DNA of 64,000 nt from Antedon mediterranea (Eukaryota; Animalia; Echinodermata), in the NCBI RefSeq assembly GCF_964355755.1, contig NC_092672.1, positions 4,154,001 to 4,218,000 on the forward strand, written 5' to 3'. Positions 1 to 14,700 of the stretch are shown in pieces. The notes under the pieces are model-generated. The model made no database searches. It was not told where the DNA came from and was given only the letters and a program-made list of their open reading frames with translations. The position numbers were made by a program, and so were the translations under genes. Position 1 is the first letter of the stretch. Each line of letters begins with the position of its first letter.

Positions 1-1440
1 ATACAAAATGTGATTTCTACAGAGTACAGTACAGCCTACAGATACAGGCCTTTGCCTTGTTTTTGTGGGATCACTAACAATTAAGTAGGTATAATTAAGT
101 AGGTATAATTAAGCATAAAATAGTTCAAAACATAGATTATTAGATCTAAAAACACACAAAAACATTTTAAATCAAAATTATGCTGATAATTTTATTTGAT
201 TAGGTGGTCTAAATAGTAAAATTAACCAACGGCAGTTTTACATAGTGAGCATATCACATGCACTTTGTTCACTCGTGGTAGCTAGATACAGAACCTAGAA
301 ATTCGGTTCGGTTGTTAGGATTTATTCAAATTAAAGTTACCATATCACCTGGAATAGTTAGTTAAAGACATATATTTACTTAAAATGTAATATTAAATTA
401 TAAAACAGTAATTGTGCGTAAGTTGGCGCAATTTTCAAATAGCCCTCATTGTGCACGATAGTTGAATCCACGAATTCACTTCACTTGTGATGAAAACATC
501 ACGCATTTTTTAGATTTTTTCTGTTTTCGTTTTACTTTGATTAATTACAAATGAGGCAGTTAAGTCATAATAAAATTGTTTTTGCTTTCTATTAAACTTT
601 TAAGATAAAAATGTCATTTTATGAAAAAGTCAAGGAGAATTTTAGTTGTAAATTGTGAAGCGCCGCCGAAACGTTTGAGTTGAATAGGCACAACAATGCA
701 AAAATGGCTAGTTATTCATGAGGACTCCCATATTCACACAACCGAAATCGTTGTTTTTACATTGAAAAATGACTATTACAAACCAATGAACGTCTTGTGT
801 TTGACTCGTTAGACATGTCTGAGTATAGGCCCATACAAATTGCAATCAAAAACAAGTCAGGAAGAAATCTAAAGTTAAAATTTCAAACGCCATTAATCCA
901 GAATAGTCACGTCTATTTTACTGTACTCGAGCAACTTCATTATGCCACAAAACTACTCATTAGCATATCAGGTCATATCAAGGTCACGACAAAATCCCAG
1001 CCTTTGTCAAAAATATGCTGTAACAAAAGATTAATTATTGATATGACTACCGTTAGAAATTTATTAAATAGACAAATATAATATATTTAATATCCAAAAT
1101 TTATTTTACAAAATATTTGATTAATATTATTTAGAAATGTATTTTTGAAACTTACAGTAAAAGGTCATTAAATCCTAAATTCTTCCGTAAACATTTGGTA
1201 CACACACCGCCAGTGTTTTGTGTGGACCGTTTTGTGTACGTGCAATCAAGGAAACATATTAATATTATGTTGAAATTGTTTATTTTGTACAATATGTTTA
1301 ATTTAATGTGTAATTCTTTATATCATTAGTTAGGTAATCGTTCATCAAAATAGTACCACTTGAGTTGCTTTATTCTATATATAGAAATCCTGGCGAAAGT
1401 TAGTTATTCAGATTGGATGTTCAAGCTATATGTTGAAGAA

Positions 1441-2538
1441 ATGTCGAACCAGCACTCGGAGCAGGCTCTCTCATGGAGAAAATTATACCTCAGCCGGGCT
1501 AAACTAAAAGCTTCTAGTAGAACATCAGCTCTTCTAGCTGGCTTCGCCATGGTATGTTTTTGAAAATAAAACATATACTACTAACAGTTTAATTGTATTA
1601 TATTTAAACAATTAATAAATAAACAATTTTTACTAGATTTGATTTTATTTGGTTTCAACATAAGATTACAAGACAATCTGAATACAAACATTTTACAAGT
1701 ACTGTAAATACATAAATAAGAAACCAAGGATAGCCAAGCCCATAAAGAAAAATCAACTTGATTCCAATGGGGTCCTTTAAAAACAGCAAAGACAATCACA
1801 ACTAACAGCATAAACATACAAATCAAACGCGCATGACAATAATATATTTTAATGGCAGATGATATACAGTTTAAAAATATGAGACAATCGTCAATAGCCA
1901 GTGGATGACCTACTGTACAGCATGAACCTAGATTGGAATATAGTATTTGTTATAATGGCATAAGACCTGGCATAAGTGCTTTTTAACAGCATGTTTAAAA
2001 ATATTTTTTCATTCTATTTTATTATTAAATTTCTATTTTTTAGGTGGCGTTGGTTGAAATAAGCCTCCCTGTTGGTCTACCGACAGCTCTCATTATGTGT
2101 TTCAGCGTCATCACTATTCTACTCATAGTGACACATCTGTTTGCGCTACTCGTCAGTACGTGTATACTACCAAACATCGAAGCTGTCAGTAACATTGAAA
2201 ACATTAACGCTGTCAAAGAATCGCCTCACGAGAGTATGAGCACGTACATTGAACTATCGTGGATTGCTTCTACCGCCCTCGGTATCTTGCTATTCCTTTT
2301 AGAGATTATGGTTTTAATCTGGATTCAATTTTATGAAAACTACAAATACGCAGGGTATGTGGCGACTGCGCTACTAATACCCGCCTTGTTGGCTGTTTGC
2401 GTTTTTGCATATCATTTTTATCATAAGCTAGTCACGCATAAATACAAAAGTTATAATACGACGATTGATGAACTGGATGGACTCGCAACCGAGTTAGAAA
2501 ACAATACAGAAATGCATGGTGTTACACTAGAAGTGTAA
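1441..2538 (+). CDS. ORAI1: Orai calcium release-activated calcium channel subunit (2 coding exons: 1441-1551, 2044-2538)
   Basis: [30 protein letters not shown]|VALVE matches the Orai ETON/TM1 signature, with selectivity Glu and TM3 Glu (LFLLE). Phase-0 intron ATG|gtatgt...tag|GTG. An in-frame upstream ATG near 1417 is an alternative start. Confidence 0.95.
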
Positions 2539-5500
2539 AATAACCATTGGTAGAAATGGGTGAAAACGGTTCTTGCCCAGACACCATGGCAGTTTTTTGT
2601 AATCACAATTCAAGTTTTATACTATTTGTAATTTGTAATACTTTTTATTCAATAAGAATCAATCATTACAATTTTGGTGCTAGGTTTTATTGAAATATAT
2701 TATTTTTCTGGGGTCTTAACAAACACACACACTAATTCATAATGTACTAATTGTACTCTAATGAATTAAATTCAATTTATTCTGGATTTTACAAAACAAA
2801 CAATAATAACACATACATCACAATGCAAGACCTGGGGGATGTCCCATTGTGATTAGACATCAATAAACAGACACTTTGCTGGTTTGTTTTTTAAAACTTT
2901 ACTTTACCTTCATTATTTTATTTATTGAGATAATTTTTAATGAGATATTAAAAACATATATTTACAGTATTTTGTATTACACATTTAAAAATGCTTTTAA
3001 ACAATTTATCAGCAATTGGAACTTTTATTCCAATTATAAAAGACCAAGTTGTAATCCTATTGTTCATTTACACTAGAATTACAGACCACTGCTATATCAT
3101 AGCTGGCTAAACACTATTTAGTATTATTATTATTTGTCCTCCCCCTTCAGATCAGGCCTTGAGAGCCACAAGCACCGATTACAACTATAACCCCATTTCT
3201 TGAAACATTGTTTAAGCAGGGAGTTGTCAACTCCCTGGTTTAAGGTGGTATTTTTTAATTTTTTACTGGAATATAATAAATTCTAAACTGGCCAGTGATA
3301 TAATGGGAATTAATAATATGTCTCTTCAACTATGTTTAGTAATGTAATTGGGTTGGTTTGAATTAATTCATGTTTTATATTACGTGTTTATTTGGCACAA
3401 TTGCAGCTAACGTTCTTCAGTATTCACTTTAAAAATATTAAATGTGCAATGCCTATCGCTATCAATAAAATGTTTAAATACAAGTAATTCATGATTTTCT
3501 GCTTGTTTTTTTTAAAAGTTTATTACTTCATTATCCACTGTCATATTCCTCTCAAGGTTTCTCTCTGCTTAGTGATTCCATGGAGATTCTGATCCAGGCT
3601 GTCCCAACCTATCAAGAAAAAAAAAGGAAGACAAGTTATTCTATTAATAGAGGGCAGCAAACAACAAATACACAAGCAATCATTGAAAATGCAAAATAAA
3701 ATATCACATCTAATTATACTTCTCCATCCAAGTCTATATGTATTGTCTTTTTTACGTTAGTCCACCAGTCAGCGTTTCAATTTTTGTCTGAAACGAGCTC
3801 AAGTAGTATACGTATGAAACGCCATATGTGCCAACATATCTTTTTACTAATATTAAGTCGAAACTACATTTAGAATCTAGACTAATTTCTAATTTTCTTT
3901 TCTCTTCTGTTGGAAATTTAATAAATGATATATATTCCCTCTTTTTATGAATTGTTAAGAATATCAATATATGGCCTGATGTGTAGACTTAATGCAAGCA
4001 AAAATATTTTAATCTCAACGATTATAAGCAACGTGTTAGTTAAGTCAAAGATGCTCTCCAGATGGAAATGCCATCCTGAGATGAGTAGTAGTAATTTTGT
4101 TTATTTTATTTATTTCATTTATATGTAATTTACTTTCTATGGACCAGAGTTTCCAAAATAAAAGATTGAATGAAATGAATGAATATTTAATAAAAATTTT
4201 ATCTAAATTCTAAGTGTATATAGTAACAATACATTCATTCAATAGGACCTTTGAGAAAAAATGAATTCTCACCAATAAATATTTAAAAAGCAAAAAAATT
4301 AAGTATGAACTTACTTTGAAGCTGTATTTTTGTTTCTTTTCTAAATTAAAATAAAACAAAGTCAAATCATTTTGTTATAGTTGACATTTATTCCTGAATA
4401 AAACTTTATAAAAATTGTGAAAAGAAAAAAAAAAGCTTTTCTTTCTTATACTATTTTTAATTTCTATACTATGCAAGTATTGTTTAGTTGGTTTACTGAA
4501 AAAACAAATATTCCTAAGTTAAAATGAATAATAATAGCATTTTGATAGTATTACAAAAATAATGATAATAATTTGTCATGCTAGCACATCTGCTTTGTAG
4601 GCCTACAGTACCTGTTAATGTCGTCGGCATATTTCTTAGAAAAAAATTACATGCTATTTGTCCATTTACATTTTAACATACTGGACGATATACATTTTAA
4701 AACATGAATATTTAATTGAATACTGATAAATCATTTGGAATCTAAAAATAATCTCGATTTTAATAAAAAAAATTATAAAGAAAATAAGTAGATAGATATT
4801 AACATACAGGTGGCATTTCTACGAAAAGTAAAAGTTGTGTAAATTTTTCAAACTCAAAAAGAAAAAAAATAGATTGTTAAATTTATGTGAATGCAGATTT
4901 ATATTTCAATTAATTATCTATTGGAATAACTATAATACTAATATATATTTACAATTTACAAGCACAACATGTAGAATTGTCCTTAAATTACTTTTTTAAC
5001 CAATCATAAAACCTTATCCATATAAGGTCATCATAGTTTGATTGTTATCAGTTGTCTTAACCAGATCCTCTGCTGGGACAGAGGTTCCCATTAAGAACAC
5101 AGACAAATCACAGTAAAATAGAAATAGGTTTAAAAGAAAAATATGATTATTTACTAGGTAAGATTTTTTATTATAACACTTAAAAGTGATGAAAAATATA
5201 CAATGAATTGTCAAATATTGGCTATATGACTTGAACCAATCACCCTAAATTGGAAAGGCAAACTTGTTACAGCTAAATAACCGCCTTGTACTCAAATTTT
5301 AGAAACTGTATATGTACAATTGAGCATTTTCAAGCCAATAGTTTGAAAGAATTTAGTGCACAACATTATCCAGAACGGATCATTATAGTATGATTGTAGG
5401 ACATTTGTTTCATAATTTGTCATAAACTACTTACATACATACATATTAACACAAATTGGTCTTTATTTACTATATACTGTATTTTTAAATCTATCTTTAA

Positions 5501-5751
5501 ATAATAAACAACAAACTATCAATAATTAGGACATAAATAGAACAACGATTACACTTATACATTGTTTTTTTAATTTAATGTAAATTTTTTTGTTTTCAGT
5601 TTATAATAGTATTTTTTATATGCAAACTTCTTACTTTTTTTTTGTATTTTATTAAATTTATCAAAATAAAATTTACCTTTAAAAAAAAAAGAAAGAACAG
5701 TAAGCGAAGTGCTCAATCCACTGCTAGATGGATAAAATACTTTGATTAAAC

Positions 5752-8700
5752 TCAAATACGGAAGCTCTCGTATTTGCCGTCAATATGACGTAATCTTAAA
5801 TAGATATCAGTGCCTAAACCCTGCATGGTCTGAAATGTCAGAGATCCGCCAAGGTAAGTTGCGTATGCCCGAGATGTAGGTAGTCCAAAGCCAAACCTGC
5901 AAAAAAATGCATATCAGTATAATATACGAACACCACAGGAGCAGAACAAATTCTAAACCGTCTGCTGATATACTGAAAATGTATTAATTAATTTGAGATG
6001 AGGAAATCTGTGAGAATGAGAAAAAGTCACCCCAAACGAGATTCGGACCCGGAACCTCCTGCTTGATATGCAGATGTCTTAACCATTATACCACTGGGGC
6101 TTTCATGATATTGTTTAAAACTCTTTAACACGCTCGGCATGGTACGGCGGAACAGCACTAGTCCCTTAATATGCATGTGCAGCAGAGATAAAATTGATAT
6201 GCCCTCATATATATTTCGGGCAATGGGGGAAAGGGTGAAGTTATCATAAGGAATCAAGCTTACCCGTGCATTGGCCCTGCTCCTGGTCCAAGATGGTCCG
6301 AATTCATAACCTCTCCCAGAATTCCCCCAGTCACTCTAGAGTCAGTGTTTTGTCCAACAGTTGTAAAGTGATACTGGAACACTCTGTTCACTATAGAGTG
6401 AGGGCATCCACCACCCTTGTCAGAAATTCTGAAAATCAGAAAAAAATGTTAATGTTTAGTGTTATTTCTAAATTAACAAAAGCACATGATGATGATGATA
6501 TAGTAAATATAAATAATCTTGTTAAAAGATAAATGTAAAAGAAAAAATAAAGATCTTGTTTTTATTTTATGTAATAGGATATTGAAAAAATGAGTTGTGT
6601 GGCTGAGAGTCTAAAGTAGGGGACAACTTAAATAAAACGGTATAGTTGTTAAGGTTCTCTCCTTCGACATTCACCAATCACACTTAGGCTAAGGGAAACG
6701 CCCATAAAATTAAGAAAATCTCCTATCTAAGTGAATAGAATTTAAGTTAAGTGAAAAGGGAAATACAGTATCTCACTTAAGTGTGATTGGTCACTAATCT
6801 TTCAATCAGCGCTTAAGTATCAATGTGAAGCTATGGCCTTAGGGCAAATAAAAAAAAATCAAAATATCCATTTACAAATAATTATTTGGTTGATTCAGTT
6901 ATGAAATAAACATACCTGATGATAAAGTCAAGATCATTATTAGTGATGGTAACGTCAATGTCTGGTAAACTGTGAGGGGTATCTAGATGATGTTCGATAG
7001 TAGCCCTGTATGAGAATAGAAAAGTTAAGACAACTGAAGAATATAAAATGACATTTCCCAAGTGGTGATGAGCGCTCACTGGCTAAACCCAGTGGCCACG
7101 GAGCTTATAGGGGCCCTGACCAAAAACCTGGGAAAATGGCATTGGAATATGTAGAAAAGAGCTAAAAACGTTTAAAGGTCTCCAGCGTTGAAGAGCAACA
7201 AAACCAGGGGCTTCATGTCTCTGCGTAACACCACTGCATATCCTATGATTTATAAATTTTAAATAGGCCTATCTTTGTTAATTACTAAATTACCCGCAAA
7301 TTCAGTTAAATGTTTGCGGCAGTGGCCAGAGTGCTATTTTGGTGTCTTTGAATAACCTCACGGATTATACCAAGGTAGACAGATAAACAGCCTGGCTTCC
7401 TGACTTACCTCATAGCATTCTTAATGAGTTCTGGCAAGATATAGTCTAGTGGTTGAGGAATGTAAGGAAATGTAGCTGCATGATGACCTTTGACCTTGAC
7501 CCTTGGTGCATGTCCATACTTATGCATACACAATTCACTGTAACAATAACAATTGTGTTAACATGAATTGATAGAATGTATTCTGCTGCTTTCAGTCTGT
7601 TGCACGTTAGTTTATCCATGGAGGAAATATATATTTCCTCCATGGTTTATCATACTATAATGCACAGGTTCTTAAAGAAAATGTGCTATAAAGGCTTTCA
7701 AATATTTGAATGGTTTGAAATTAAACTTTCTCTCTTTCTCTCAATACTAGACTTCTTCCTAAAACTATCTTGGGTTCAAAAGGTCCAAAATTCTTCTCTT
7801 CTATTGAAATTGCATTTTGGAAACATTTTGACCGATAACGAGAGATTTGACTGCACACACATTTTCTGGCTTATCAAGAAATATGTGATTTACTGTTGTT
7901 TGTACTACGTGACAATCAATGCACAAGTTGTGATCGGGGCAACCTAATTAAAACAAGATAATGAATGATGAATATAATTACGTAGCAAATTCGGCCCATT
8001 TCTCAATGATCTTCTTGAGTGATAGCTTTGTACAAATCATACCAATGAAGTGAGGCTGAAAAAATATACATGAAAAATGAGAAATGAAATGATAATTTTA
8101 TTGAATTTCCTTGTGTATGTATCGTTAAAAGATATATTATCTTATAAGCAAGTATGGTAGCATACTGAATCTTGTGATTGGCTGGCAAGAAAATGAATAT
8201 TTATGATTGGCTAGAGTTAAAATATAAGCAGATTTTATTGGTTGTTGCATTGTATGTTATGCTCCATTAACCTATTTATATGTTTAACAACTTGAAGTTG
8301 AAAAGTCCAGGATATCAGATTCAGTGGAGAACTGCAATAAGATTACGAACAAAAGGTCATCACAGGTCAAATGTAGGCTAGAATCATTGTGTCTTTCAAG
8401 CTCTGTCTACACTTCAAACTAGTTAACAAAAAAAGTATGATGTGCCCAAATATGGTAGTGATATGATGTCATCGTGTGCATATATGGGCACATCATATTA
8501 AGTTTGATGGTATATATAGAGCTTTAAGCCAAAATATGTGATTTGAATATATATGTGGTATGCAAAGTTTTGTATCAGGAACATTTGTTGAATAATCTGA
8601 TTACCTTCTCTTGGTGCAGTGCCAGGTGGTGTTCTGCTAAGATTCGTATGCCAAGACGAGATGTTAACATACGATCTAAAAACTGACGTATCATATCTTC

Positions 8701-11700
8701 ATCCTTAAAAAAAATCACACATATTGCCTATTTAAAATACAATAAACAAATTACCTTATTGAGTTAGAAGATGTATTTCACTGAGCTAACTATGTATGTT
8801 TACTTTTTTTATTTTATTTCATACACATCCAAAAGCGAGCACAAACTCGCCGGATAACTACTTTATAATTTATCGTGCTTATAGACTAAGTCTCATTTGA
8901 GGCTAAGGGAGCGGAGTTGAAAGAGTCATGAGTTATAACCCTGGCACTAGTTCAGGATTGAACCCGTACATTGGGATTGGAAGGCAACCATGTTAACCAC
9001 CAAGATACAGCTCCACTACAATTACACTTACTTTTATGTCATGTTCTCTACCTTCAGTAAATCCCTGAGCTAACTATGTATGCATACTTTTTTAATTACA
9101 CTTACTTTGATGTGCTTTCTACATTCATTAAATCCCTGAGCTAACTATGTATGCATACTTTTTTAATTACACTTACTTTGATGTGCTTTCTACATTCATT
9201 AAATCCCTGAGCTAACTGTGTCACAATGTCTTTGTGATCATCTAGCAATCCTTTAACTAAACTACAGTATTCCTCTTCAACTTTAAAGTCTTCAATCTGA
9301 AATAAAAATAGAATATTTTATTATTACCATAATACTCTAAATCAAAAGCCTCGATCGCACTGGACTTAATTTGGTCAAATTAATCGAGTCGCCGGCTAAA
9401 GTGACCAGAAAAAGTCCAATCCGAACACTCGCCACAGGGTTTGTCCAAGTTACAGTTACCGACCACTGCCTGCCCAGTAGAACTGAAGATGGTCTTGGTA
9501 AAAGTAACAATCCAAATTAAATTTAAAAATTGCCAGACCTCTACAAGTCTTCCCAAAATCTAATCCCTTCCAAAGATCAAATTCCATTTCTAAGATTTAA
9601 TCTCTTTTCAATATTTAAGCTTGTTAGGGTTTTTTGTGATAATTTACACTACCTTAATTTTTTTAGAATTGTTAAACTTTATGATTTGTAAGCTGGATCT
9701 AGGCCAGACAGCTCATAAGGCTGTAGATGTTTACATTATGCCCTAATAAAACCGTCCTTAAATGTTCATGTTATAGTTTACTAAACTAAAGCTTTGGGAT
9801 TTAAAATAGAAATTAACTCAAACATGACGCATTATATTTCATCATTCATGCATACTATCATTTTTCTAAAATGACCTCCGTTTTATTTATTTTGACAGAT
9901 AAAATGACCTGGGATACACTCCTAATAAACTACTAATATTTACAAGGAAGGGAAGTCTTCTGTCACTGCCAAGTTTATCAGCGACACGACACACGACTGG
10001 TTTAAACCAGTTTCTATTACACTTGCCCCCACATCCTGTGCAATCAAATGAACAGTGTAATTTTTAAATTAGCTAGTACTGTAGTTTATTGATAGGTTGA
10101 GATTATCTTAAGCTCTGTCTACACTATCAAACTTCATGTGACAACAAATGTCATACCACCACCATATTTGGGCATATCACCACCATATTTGGGCATATCA
10201 CCACCATATTTGGGCATATCACTACTATATTTGGGCACACCTTTTTTGTCAAAATAATTTGATAGTGTAGAGAGAGCTTTAGATATATATGTGTAGGGAC
10301 ATATTTAGTTAAAAATTAATGGGTATTATATTATTCTATGCGAGTTTAGACGTTGATTTCCACATTGTATAAATATCTGGATAATTTCATAAATAAGATC
10401 ATGGCAAAGATGTTCATAATTTTGTTGATTATTATCATGTTTTTTAACATCCATTTATTAACAATATATTCCAAAACGCATTTCTTCCCCTGCTATGGCT
10501 ACCGCATATCAGCTAAAACATTACCTGTGGAAACTCGGACAGCAGGTGGAAAGACCGAATGTAGAGTTCGTGTACACTGAGGATCGTGGGATTGCATCCA
10601 ATGATGAACGGAAGATTTCGAAATTCAGCAATGCGATGGGCAACCCTAACAGGCAGCTCCTTGTGGAGATATTGGGCACTACGCTGTGAAGGGAAAGAAA
10701 GTTACTGTTAAGCTCTGTCTCCACTATCAAACGTTATGTGACAACAAAATGTGATGTGCCTTATGGACATGATGATGTCATATCACTACCATATTTGGGA
10801 ATATCACTACCATATTTGTGTACATCACACTTTCTTTTGTCAAATTAGTTGATAGTGTAGACAGAGCTTTATATTAGCACAACACATTCTAATTAAAAAT
10901 AGAGTCGCTATCCAATAAAATTTGAACCATACCATGAAAGCCTTAGTGGTCTAATGGTAGGGTGTCTGCATATCAAGCAGAAGGTTCTGGGTTCAAATCA
11001 GCCTTTGCTAATTCTCACATATATTATACAAATTATCCTCATTCAACTCATAAACATTCATTATTTCTATCACAGAATATATCTACAGGTAAACAGCTGT
11101 TATTCTTGATAAATAATATGTTAGTTAATAATTAAGTCTGAATTGACTGTTGTATTTGGAAACCAAATGAATTCATTGCGTTTAATTAAATATGCATATT
11201 TAGTGTTTTGTATTTACAAAACCAGAACTACATTTACCAGTAGATGGTTGCCATCTGGTGATTTACCCGTGTACAAGAGTGTTGCCGGTGTTAGTCGAAC
11301 TGAAGGCTGAAAAATAAAAACAACGAAAAAACAATTACTCGAAACCCTGATGAAAGCTATGCCACAGTAGTTACATTTACAATCCTGTTGGTTCAGTACC
11401 CGCTACTTATTTGGCCTCAAACCCCTAGCCATCAGCACAAGCTTGGTGGTCTAGAGGTATGAACATCAGGCTAGCGATCTGGAGGTTCGAATCCCCTTGT
11501 TCTTTTAATGGGAAACTGTCCCCTATAGTGGTGGCCCCTGAATAGGGGTTGGATGTAATGTTCAAATATATTACTTCTTGTTATTTTCATGGGAAAAGTT
11601 CCCTAAAGTGGTGGCCCCTGAATAGGGGTTAGATGTAGTGTTAAAATAAATTGTTCTTTTCATAAGAAAATGTTCCTTAATAGTGTCCCAAAGGAGTGAA

Positions 11701-14700
11701 ACTATAGAACTGAATCTTAAATTACATCACAACATGTGTACGTGTGTTAGTGTACACAGCCAGTGTCAGTCAGAGTTTAAGTATTGATTGTCAAGTAAAG
11801 TACAGTTCAGTCCAGTGACCTCACAAATGAATCATAATTATGTATTTAAATAAATGATGGTTTATCATGCATACCAATGCATGCAAAAGGCCACACAGTC
11901 AACAGTTTGAAGAGAAGAGTGGGGATATGGTACCTTAAAAAGTAATAAATATCATGTAAATAGGTACAGGACAACTATATAAAATATAACAGTTAATTAT
12001 ATCTCAACTGTAGGTTGTGTAACAATACTATAACAATAATATATATCTTATTTCACAGTTTTTGTATAATTCTGATATTCATAAAATTTTAGATTTTACA
12101 ATAATGCTTATTTAAGTTCTTTGAACAACAAAAAAGATTCGTACAATCCAGCTTCCTTCAACAAAACATGCTCATTCATTGCCCCCCCCCCCCCCCAACA
12201 GAGCTTGTTTCCCCCTCAATTTCATTGGCGGACCTAGGATTTTGAAATAGGGGGAGAGTGTAGTGCCCAGGGCCTAAAAAAGGCAAATTTTAGGTGGTCA
12301 ACTGAAATTTGTGTCCTACAGTATGAACTTGTTTTCATATATTTTCCCCTTAAATTTTGCCTACAGTACTTCTCTCCTTTCTAAGCTTTGTTATGTTTAT
12401 ATTGTTCTCAGGTACAATAATTATTATCAATAGAATAAATTAATTATCCACATACTGTAATGGGATTTGCTGCAACCAGAAAATAACAATTATTGTACTT
12501 TAGAATAAGTTCAATAACATGTAACAGGGGTCAACTCAAACTGAATCAAGGTTAAACTATAATGGGTTATTTAATATTGAAGCATTCAAATGCTGATTCG
12601 GAACATTTTACTGGTAATACTTTAGTATTGAGAATGCCTGGTGTTGTGCCACCTTGAAACCATGGAGTAAACTCCATGCTTGAAACACAGCTTTTTTCAA
12701 AGAAAAAGTTTACAATTTAGTAATTTAATATTCGACTGACCAATTAATTAACATTTTAAATGTTTTATAAATGATGATAGGCTAATTAAAAAACAATTTT
12801 AAAACATTCTTTAAAAAAAGCTGAAATACACAGTATTGAATTATTGGATTCGGAGTAATAGGCCTCAGCGTACCAAGAATATTGAATAACTCAAGGCTGT
12901 ATTTTGCAATAACGGTATGTATTGTTGCACTAATGATTGCAGGTCAAAGTTTATTCACGTCTCAGCTGGGTAGCGTTTGCACAATGGGTAATAAAAGGAG
13001 ATAAATCAAGTATCAGTATTGTGTAAAAAGATAAAAAGAAAAATTAAGAAATATAGTCGAAATGTATTGTTATTTAATATAGGCGACCATTACAAAATAT
13101 GTAAATATAATAATGCTGGTTTGTTATTTATTTGGGAGACATAAAACATAATGTCCGAGTCTATAAAATTCTATTGGTCTCAAAAGATGTGTTGTTTGGT
13201 AGCTGTGGGTGTGGCCACTACCAGTACCTGCCAAAATACAGATGGTTTTCACCGATAAAATGCAAATCGCTGATTACTTTCTTTAAGATTAAAAAACAAT
13301 GCATTAGTAGGTTTCTTTTACCCAAACAATTTAAAAATCACTGTTTAGTTTTATTTTACAGACATGTAATGTATTTAAATATTTTAATTACAAAATTAAT
13401 CAATTTAATTTAATTTTTTATTTAATTTGACTCAATAAAATATTTTGTTACATGTACATATGCCACTAGAAACTTTATATATAAAAATCTGCTCATGATG
13501 GCTTGTTTGCGTTTTGTAGCATATTATTGTTGAAGAATTTTATATATCTTTATTTATTCCAATTATTGTTAAAGTTTACCACTATACAGTAGTACATTAT
13601 AAACCTTACTGATTCACCATTTGCTATTTTAACCATTCTTCTGTGATTGATGACTTGGACATACAACGCACGACATTTTATTACCCCCTTAAATGTAACA
13701 TTCTAAACCTATATTATCTTTTGCCGCTTAGATAACAATGGCACATATAGCACTGCACTACTGCATAATAATAAGAAGAAAGACAAGACACTTCATGTTT
13801 CCAAATGTTATTATTATGAATTCATGAAATTGTGTGACTAGTGTTGAGTCATCAGTGTTCTGAGAATGTGAGTTATACTGTATGATCATTTTTTTTTGTA
13901 AAACTCAACATCGTGTCATACTTTTTAAAACAAATAGTAAATACACTGTAGTACTCAGGTACTACATACAAAAAACAGTAACAATTTTGGGAAAAATATA
14001 GTCTTGTGTTTTTCTGATAAATGATCACAGTAAAGAATCGGCAGTACATTAAAAAAGGTTAAATATTATTAAATAGTGGGTGGATGTCAAATCGACAAAA
14101 CCTGTTAAAAATATTTATTTGGGTGCCAAGTGAAAAGGATAGTTGTTTTGAAAGAAGGCCTTAGAATAAATAACGAATCTAACTTTATGCGAGATTTTTT
14201 TTCCCTAAAATGGTATCAAAGAATTGCTTGCATATAAAAAATATATATAAACATATAAAATTAATAAAACAATAATAATATGAATTTGTAATGCACCAAT
14301 TCCAGCAGTAAGTGATCAAAGGTGCGGTGTATGAGAGAGCTCAATTTGAAAGAAAAAGATGAGTTTTCAAGATGAGATGATGAAGATGAAAGGCAAAAGT
14401 AGAAGAACATGATCTAATACTAATATAGTGGTGGGTAAGGTCATTCCATAAGCGAGAGGAAGCAGAAATAAAGGTGCTTATTAGGTCATACGTTTTAGTG
14501 TTAAAAGTCGGAATGGAAAGGAAAATGTTTTGAAGACGAGCGAAGGGAAGGTATGTGAAGAAGAAGGTGGTCAGAGAGATATGAAGGGGATTTAAACGAG
14601 AGAGCTTTATAGGTTAAGAGAGAGTATTTTTAAAAAGTTAGAGGCGTTTAATTGAGGAAGAAGGAAGATTGAACAATAAGGAGTTACCTAACCCTTAGAC

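Noticed and set aside
797-1081. 94-aa ORF upstream of Orai
   Set aside because: Non-ATG start, no recognisable motif, and AT-rich non-coding composition.
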